Below are positions 55,239-64,000 of a stretch of DNA of 64,000 nucleotides, one piece after another. The translations under genes were made by a program, and so were the position numbers. The notes under the pieces were generated by a model. The model searched no databases. It worked only from the letters and a program-made list of their open reading frames with translations, and had not been told where the DNA came from. This stretch comes from Octopus vulgaris (lineage: Eukaryota): positions 29,884,001-29,948,000 of the forward strand of contig OX597823.1 in NCBI GenBank assembly GCA_951406725.2. Reading direction: 5' to 3'. Positions within the stretch are counted from its first letter, which is position 1, and each line of letters begins with the position of its first letter.

Positions 55239-57224
55239 ACTCTGGCATCCACTTATTATAATCACCGAAATGCGTAAAATAATTAAGAAAAAAGAAACGA
55301 AGAAGCTTCTTATTGTGACTCAACGTTTAGAGCAATCATTTTGCGCAATTAATTATCAATATTTTTTAAATGGTTTAATTAAAAAAAATATCATTAAAAT
55401 GGAGAATCTTTCTTTGTTTACTCTCATGTGTTGCTTCTTCTTACCTTCCTCAAGGGAAACACGAAGACTACAACTTGGTGTACATTCTCATTACATTGAA
55501 TTGTTTTTATAATGCATTAGCAAAAGTATTCAAGCCTTGGTTTTAGCACCTGGCATGCTCTAACAACATTAGAGTCTCTAGCAGAAAGTAGTGCACTGAG
55601 ACCCCTATATAGACAACCACAGAATATACAGACTAGTATTGGATCCCTAGACTTATGCTCCAATCCTATACAACTGCCGAATGCATCCAGACCTTAAGTT
55701 AGTACTGGAGCAAGGATGACTTACAACCTACTAAAAATGTGCTCTGGTCGTGCATAACATCGGTGCAAGGGTGGAACATTTTAGTGCAGCTGATTTGGTG
55801 CCGGTTTTTTGGTATCACTGATTCGACGCTGACTTGTTTGACATCAGACGTTTTGATGTTTCTCTTCTTCGCTTCCCCTCCAAAACTCAGTCTCATTCTC
55901 TATGTGTATAGATATATTTTTCTTTATATGTCTGAGGAGGGGAAAGTGTTTATGTCAAGCATGTTCAACTAATAAATTGCAATCTCTCTCTTTCTCTCTC
56001 TGTCCGTATGTCTATACTCCTGTGCTTTCGTGTGCGCGCGTGTCTGCCCCCGGCGCCAAGAAGTGCTGTTGCCAAAACAAGTTCTACGAGCCTCAGCCGT
56101 CCGTCGCTCCGAAAGATGAGAAATCACCTTGTCCCTAATAATAAAGATCACCAATTACCTCCCCTTAGATTTTTCTACTTGTTGAATCATTCATTCGCAA
56201 ATTTCTCCACACACAACATGGACTAAAATCTTCTTAAGAAAATATGAAATTACAATAATTTCAATGTCATGATTAACGAAAGCGAAACCGATCGACAAAC
56301 ACAATACTCTTTCATTTATAAAATATATTTAAAACTATATTAAAACTATGTAAACTGTGTACATTTGCTTTCTTTCACTTTATATATATTTTTTGTATTA
56401 CATGTGGGTGTGTGTATACATATATATGGAGAGAGAGAAAAAGAGAGAAAGAGTAAGAGAGAGAGGGGAGATGAATTTTAATTTACAGCTAAGAAAAAGA
56501 AATCAACCCTCAAAACATGTCATAAAGTTTGTTTATTTATTCGAAGCTGAGTCACTAATCAGAATTTTCTGTTTCTTCTTTCCTTCTCCCTTCCTTCTTT
56601 CCTTCCCTTCTTCATTCCCTCCTTTCTTTTCTTCTTTCTTTCTGTTTTTTTTTTAATCCAACAGCAACCATCTATTTGTACTATTAATAGCTGGGAATGC
56701 TCTACGAAACCGCACAACCTGCTAGAAATAGCAGCCCAAATATCTCTCACCCGTCTTTAAAATACGGAAGAACACATTAGACAACGTAGCTCTTAGACGG
56801 ACAAATACGCGAGAGGTGGGTAAAGCTAGCCTGCCTTCCGTCATGGATCTACTTGACCTTTGACTTGACTAGATTAAACAGTGACAACAACGATAACAAC
56901 ATGAATTGGCGAGTCGAAATGTAAAATTTTTTGAAAACCTACTTTATGGAGTATCTTTTACTTGTTTCAGTCATTAATCTGTGACCATGCTGGAGCACAC
57001 CCTTAAAGAACTTTAGCGGTAAGAATCACCCCAGTACTTATTATTTATAAGTTCGGTACTTATTCTATCGGTCTCTTTTGCCGAACCACTGTTACGAGGA
57101 CGTACACACACCAACACCGGTTGTCAAGCTGTGATGGGGAGCAAACACAAAAACACACACATATAGATATATACATATACGCACAAACACACACACACGC
57201 GCACACATATATACATACATATAC

Positions 57225-57261
<37 letters not shown>

Positions 57262-57319
57262 TAGAGAGAGAGAGAGAATGAGAGAGAGGGAGGGAGAGTG
57301 AGAGAAAGGGAAAGGGTTA

Positions 57320-58795
57320 CAGTGATCTTGCTGCGAGGAGTAGAATATTCAACGTTTCGGATTTAATCCTTCGTCAGGGGGCAGAGAAAAAGAGAAGATA
57401 AATAGAAAAAAGTCAAACAGGGTTTACATCCTCTCAGATTAAAAAAGAAACTGGTTGCAACTGGTTATGGACGCAGAATAACACGAGCTGCTAACGTAAA
57501 ACAGAAGTTATAGGAGAGGTCATGCAGAAAGGAAGAGGGTGATGGAGAGAGTAGAGGTAAGTAAATACGGGAATGTTGCAGAGAGAGGGTGGAAGAAGGA
57601 TTAAAAAGGATAAAATTAATTAAGAGGAGGTGAAAGGATGAAAGGAAAAACGTTCATTCATACTTGTTGGGGACACAGTGCCAAGATCAAATATGAGATG
57701 TTGCTCCTTTCGTTTCCTAGAGAAAGGAGGACCGTGGTGCAAGGACATGCCACACACTGATAAATCTGCAATAGAATGATTCACAGTATTGAAGTGATTG
57801 GCGACATGTTGGTCTGGAATATGTAGCATTATGCTTATGATGTATTCGCGAAAGCGATCCCCAAGGAGTCGCCCTGTTTCTCCAGTGTAAAGAGCACCGC
57901 AGAGTTTGAATATAATGCAATATATGAGATTTGCCGAAGTGCAACAGAAGTGGTATGTTATGTGATATTGCTTCTTGGGCCCCGTGATGGTGGTAATATT
58001 GTTAATGTAGAGGTATGTGTCGGCGAGAACATCTAAGGGTTCCGGGTTGTGCGGAGCTGGGAGCTGTGGGGGCTTCTAACAAGATTTCTAAGACTCCTCT
58101 CTTTTTTAAGAAACAGGAGAGGCGGTGTGGAAAATATGGGGGCGGTTGCTGGGTCAGAAAGAAGAATGCGAAAGTTGTGGGTGAGTTTGTGCTTTAGAGG
58201 GAGGATGGACGGGTGGTAGGTGAGAGAGAGTGGAATACGGTCGATGGAAGTTCTTGCAGGTGGTAGGATAGCTGCGGTGCGGTTGATGGCTCGGGCTCGG
58301 TGGAGTGCCGGGTCGACAACTGATGGAGGATACCCTCAATTTAGATAAAACTGTCGCATCGTTTTGCAATGGGATTCGAAATCCGAATCGATGCTGCAAA
58401 GTCGTCGAAGGCGAAGAAATTGAGAGAAAGGTATGGCAGATTTAATGTGTTTGGGGTGAGAAGATGAGTAGTGGATGTAGAAGTGGGAGTCAGTAGGTTT
58501 ATAGTAGACAGAGGTGGAGAGATTGGTATTGTGTATTTTGACAGAGATGTCCAGAAAGCAAACAAATGTATGAGATATGGTGTGAGTGAATTCCAAGACT
58601 GGGTGAAAGGTGTTAACAAAAGAAATAAAATTGTTGAGTTGTTGTCTGTTAAGGTTTGTGGCGCCAATGCAGTTGTCAAAGTAACGACCATAAAGCTCTG
58701 GAATGGGTCCAGAGAAGTGAGCAAAGATTTGCTCCTCTACATAACCTACAAAGGGGTTGGCATAATTGGGGCCCATCCTGGTACCCATACCAACA
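57320..58795 (-). mobile_element. Penelope-like element, 5'-truncated (RT C-half, GIY-YIG endonuclease, 3' UTR with HHR-like core 57347-57381)
   Basis: MGTRMGPNYAN, YGRYFDNCIG, FLDISV, VYYKPTDSH..HP; GIY-YIG-like LIYCII...ALYTGETGRLLGDRFREY; downstream CTGACGA-a-ggat-taa-atcc-GAAA-cg-TT. Confidence 0.88.
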
Positions 58796-59677
58796 CTGCT
58801 TCTTTCCGTTTCCGTCTACCAAATTCACTCACAAGGCCTTGGTTGATTTGAGGCTATAGTGAAAGACACTTCCCCAAGGTGCTGCGCAGTAGGACTAAAC
58901 CTGGAATCATGTAGTTGGGAAGCAAGCTTCTTACCACATAGCTACGCCTGCGCCTATACCACTTAGTTTTGGATAAATTTCTATAGATCAGTTTTTGTAT
59001 AACATGATATTGTAAGGAGTTTTTTTTGTTTTTCAACGTTCGTCACTTGACACCTAAAACCTGCGGCGTTTCAATTCTGACGTGAATGTCATATATTTGT
59101 CACCACTCCTTCTGAAGAAGTTAGAAAACATCTATGTATTTACGAGATTTTAGTGTAGGCCTTCAGAGATCAACAACATTTTAAGAATTCCCATTAATGA
59201 TTATATTCCAATCTATGCCAAAATTAGACTATTCCTTCAATCCAAGATCAGCCATAAGTAATTGTGTGTGGTAGTTTAGGTGAAATTTGATAAAAACTGC
59301 CAAGCTAGGATTTCGATGCCAATTATATTTTCGGAAAACTCTGACAATTACAGAAGACGTTTTACAGTTGCCAACATTAAATGGTTTCCTCAGATTTTTT
59401 ATTGAAGAAAAATAAAGTAATAGTAAAAAGTAAAGTTCTTTTTTTTATTCTTTAACATGTTTCAGTCAGTGAACCGCAAGCGGCTATTACGAGGCACCAA
59501 CTTGAAGGGTTTAGTCGAATAATAAATCGAACCTAGTGCATATTTTAAGCTTCTTACATGATCGCTTTATACAGAACCGTTGAGTTACGAGGATGTAAAC
59601 AAACTTACACCGTTTGTCAAACAGTGAGGAGACAATCACAAACACACTGACACAGACAAGTTTTCATAGTTTTTATC

Positions 59678-59750
<73 letters not shown>

Positions 59751-59879
59751 ATACAAAATATGGGAGTTTAGTTCACGTATGATCTAAGCGATTAAGTACG
59801 CTAGGTAAGTGCTGTAACGGATTACTATAGCCGAGAGGATAATTAGGGAACCATTGCAGATTTCCGATACAGCGGATAT

Positions 59880-61370
59880 GTAATTGTTAAAGAGGACAGC
59901 AAACGTTAAGGAAAAGCACACAAATATAGACTTTCCTGGGCTATAATAGACTCTGGTATGCCATATCAGTGCCAGCATTCCATTTGTGGGCCCTGCTTAA
60001 AAGAATCCCTCAAAATTTTAACCCATAACCCACCATAATCGTTTGATAAACACTACGAAACCTTCACTACGTGTAAGCACACATTCTTCCACACTTTTAA
60101 ATTTATGAATCTAAATGTAAGTTAACCCGCCACGAATAACAACCACATACAAACCTCCATGATCATTAACACATACTCCTTTATGTCTCTTCTATTGATA
60201 TTTATAAGATAAATATTAATTCTTTAAACCTTAACCTAATAAATCCCCTAATATTTAATTCTAACACATACTCCAGAATAATTTGACATTCAACTAGTTT
60301 CTCCATTCATGACTACCTACACAATCATAACCCCATTGCAAAAAATAACTCTGCAGCTACTGAACTTAGTCAGAACGGACACTAGTATTTACTACTAGAT
60401 TTCCTCCCCAACCCCTATAGACTAGAATACCTATTTCTTTATTACCCACATGGGGCTAAACACAGAGGGGACAAACAAGGACAGACATAGGTATTTAGTC
60501 GATTACATCGACCCCAGTGCGTAACTGGTACTTATTTAATCGACCCCGAAAGGATGAAAGGCAAAGTCGACCTCGGCGGAATTTGAACTCAGAATACCGG
60601 CACCTACTACTCTCTTTAAGTTCCTTTCATTTTGCTCTATTTTGTTTATTCTTTTACGTTATCTACCTCCTCCTTCTCCTCCTCTCTCTTATCTTCCTGG
60701 CTACCTTTGTACACTATATTCTTAGACACTCTATGCTTATATATCTTACTTTAACCTTAAACCCAATCCTTAACTTACGCCCTCACTCTATCTACCTCCC
60801 TTTCTATTTATTTACTTTTCTTTCTTTTTACCACTTAATATCCACCTCTCTTACCATTCTGCTATTGAACATTGATATGTTCGCGCCTTTTTTCTGGATG
60901 TTTACCTATAGCAGGACTTTTTTTGCTGATTCGTCCTAAATCCGATTTGGTGGGGGCAGATGAGTCTAGCTGAAGGTTTGGTTAAGAAGTCTAGTTTATG
61001 GTCCTTAAGACTGAACTGTCATGTTCCTGGGGGCTCAGTGTGGTCGTCGACTTCGAGTGTATTTACAAGCTTGCATTTACGCAGGATTGCACCTAAGGAC
61101 TTATGGACATATTTCTACAAGATCGGAAAGTTGAACTGTAAACTTTTATGCTTATTTTTTTCTTTTTCATCCCCTTATTTCTTTACTCCTGTCCTCTATA
61201 TTGTCATTTCATTAATCTACACCCTTCTCATTTTCCCTATTTGTCTCCGATGACGGAATAGCCCATACTCTGGGATATCCCAGAAACAGCTGTAAGACAT
61301 TGAATTTTTTCCAATAATAATATGAGTTGAGATGTTTGCCTTGCCTTAACGTTTGTTGCCCTCTTTAACA
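59880..61370 (+). mobile_element. PLE 3' fragment with long 3' UTR, interrupted by SINE B (60428-60597, minus)
   Basis: Peptide YRLSWAIIDSGMPY...CGPCLKESLKIL...ETFTTCKH resembles the PLE C-terminus; HHR near its end. Confidence 0.6.
61242..61299 (+). ncRNA. Type I hammerhead motif (core CCGATGA)
   Basis: tgtct-CCGATGA-cggaatagccca...tgggatatccca-GAAA-cagctg-TA-agaca. Confidence 0.7.
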
Positions 61371-61373
61371 ATT

Positions 61374-61464
<91 letters not shown>

Positions 61465-61473
61465 CCTACCTAC

Positions 61474-61518
<45 letters not shown>

Positions 61519-61540
61519 CACACACCCACACAAACACGTA

Positions 61541-61625
<85 letters not shown>

Positions 61626-62941
61626 ATATTCACACACATTCGGCCCAGTCCCGTCTTAAGGTATGGGCACACTAGGCAGTTACCCGGCGGTGGCGAGGGG
61701 GTTTCGTGTGTCTAGGATCCCAATTCTGATCTATGTATGCTGCAATTTGCGGTAAATAAATAAATAAATAAATGCCATATGTCTCAGTGCATTGTTTTGC
61801 CCAAGCATCTATAATAGCTCCAATTCCAACTTCTAAATGCTTCACTCATAAGGCATTGATCGGCTCGTGGCTAACGTGGAAGTCACTTGTCTAAAGGGAC
61901 ATGCAGCGGACCTGAACCCCGCATAATGTGATTGCAAAGCGATGTCTATCGCACAGTCATGCACCGAAAGCAACCTAATAGTAATCTAATGAATGGTTGA
62001 CATATATTGGTCTCCATTATTAACATAAAGCTAAAGGCGGCGAGCTGGCAGAACCGTTAGCACGCCGGGCGAAATGCTTAGCAGTATTTCGCCTGCCGCT
62101 ACGTTCTGAGTTAAAATTCTGCCGAGGAATTCAAATTCTGTGCTGAAATTCGGTGCCTAGAGTAGAAATAATTATTAACATAAAGCTACCCATTTCGAGA
62201 GGTGAGAAATTCTGTCGAATACCAACTGCAGTACTTGAGCTATACTTGATTTTATTGACATCCGAGTATAAAAGAGAAGAGTTGATCTTGGTAGGATTCG
62301 ACTTCAGATCTTGGAAAGTCTAACTGACCATTACTAGGAAATTTGCTCGACGCTCCACCGATTCTTCCAAGCAGTTGCAATAGATGTTTTACAGATATAG
62401 GCGCCAGCTAGACTGTGAGGTTAAGAAGCAGCACCAACAATACCACAATTTGTACTATACAATTCTATACCAATACCACAATATCAACACCAAACCATAA
62501 GCGCTGTAACACTAGCAATAACACCAGTACTATCAATGCCAAGACAGTAATACCAACTTTATCAGTAACACAACTGCCAAAATAACGGCAAAATCTGCAA
62601 CCACCATCCCTAGGGTTAACAACGACATTACCCTAGGTGGCAGAAAAACGCCCACTGACATGATGTGAATTGGCGTCTTGCGATTTCTATTCTCAAGAAT
62701 GGTGTAAGATGATATGAGTACGGTGGCAGTGGTTTAAGAGATGTTTGGCATATTTCTTCTAGTGGTTGCATCATATTTTTTTCTATGATTCAGTTTTTCC
62801 CACAGACTGAAGTTGAACTTTGTCAACTGTTGACGTTCTTATGGGTGTCTCCATACTTGCATACATACATGAGCTCTTCCATGCACACATACATATACAC
62901 ACAAGACTAATATGTAGATATGTCGACAAATACACAAACAC

Positions 62942-63032
<91 letters not shown>

Positions 63033-63286
63033 CACACACACATATATATATATATCTACCAGAGTAAGCAAATAAATAGAAACAAGGTGGGAAAAATAGT
63101 ACTCGAATACCGGAGGTAGAGTAATATGCTTTATTAATAGGGTTGAAAAGACATCACAAAATAAAAACAGGTTTTGTGATGTCTTTGCAGCTTTATTGAT
63201 AAAGTATATATATATATATATTTACTCTTTACTCTTTTACTCTTTTACTTGTTTCAGTCATTTGACTGCGGCCATGCTGGAGCACC

Positions 63287-63338
63287 GTCCCCGAAGAAGG
63301 GATATTATTAATTAATATCCTAGAAACAGCTGTAAGAC
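63287..63338 (+). ncRNA. Type I hammerhead motif (core CCGAAGA), related to 61242-61299
   Basis: gtcc-CCGAAGA-ag-ggatatta-ttaat-taatatcc-ta-GAAA-cagctg-TA-agac. Confidence 0.65.
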
Positions 63339-63400
63339 ATTCTGTCTATAAATACTCTAATATCTATACACCTTTGGTTTCTTTTATCTCATTACGCAAA

Positions 63401-63447
<47 letters not shown>

Positions 63448-63449
<2 letters not shown>

Positions 63450-63612
63450 CGCAGGCGTGGCTGTGTGGTAAGTAGCTTGCTAACCAACCACATGGTTGCG
63501 GGTTCAGTCCCACTGCGTGGCATCTTGGGCAAGTGTCTTCTGCTATAGCCCCGGGCCGACCAATGCCTTGTGAGTGGATTTGGTACACGGAAACTGAAAG
63601 AAGCCTGTCGTA

Positions 63613-63663
<51 letters not shown>

Positions 63664-63730
63664 TTGTGTGTCTGTGTTTGTCCCCCTAGCATTGCTTGAC
63701 AACCGATGCTGGTGTTTCTACGTCCCCGCC
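63448..63730 (+). mobile_element. SINE family A, 3'-truncated
   Basis: Head and body present. Confidence 0.88.
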
Positions 63731-63736
63731 ACTTAT

Positions 63737-63809
<73 letters not shown>

Positions 63810-63950
63810 TAATCCAAACAAGAAAACACAAAAAAACACAACAACGCGAGGACGTGGAACAAATAAAGTATTATTGGACGCTCAGGAAAGAAGGGAAATA
63901 TATACCTGCCTTCGTCTTTTGTTTATTTTCATAAAGCTTCCCATTATATA

Positions 63951-63987
<37 letters not shown>

Positions 63988-64000
63988 TGCTGCCCACCGT

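Noticed and set aside
59110-59140. CTGAAGA-agtta-GAAA
   Set aside because: No stem II possible

Overview
Eukaryotic, gene-poor, repeat-saturated DNA. No host protein-coding exon could be supported; almost all listed ORFs are translations of microsatellites. The AT-richness, dense (CA)n/(TA)n/(GATA)n/(AAT)n tracts and SINE repertoire suggest a coleoid cephalopod, probably Octopus (inference). Identified by eye: one near-full-length RTE LINE (~22740-26100) disabled by a 169-bp inverted templated insertion and a frameshift; several Penelope-like element (PLE) relics; CR1-like, RLE-type, mariner and Tc1 fragments; a non-autonomous Helitron; piggyBac- and hAT-type MITEs; and three tRNA-derived SINE families in many copies. 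The main unexpected signal is about 16 type-I hammerhead ribozyme (HHR) motifs (about 9 near-intact, the rest degenerate) from several unrelated sequence families. They occur at PLE 3' ends, in short non-coding elements embedded in (TA)n, as mirror pairs in two 290-450 bp palindromes, and inside a tRNA-headed SINE. All folds were assigned manually and none is shown to cleave.
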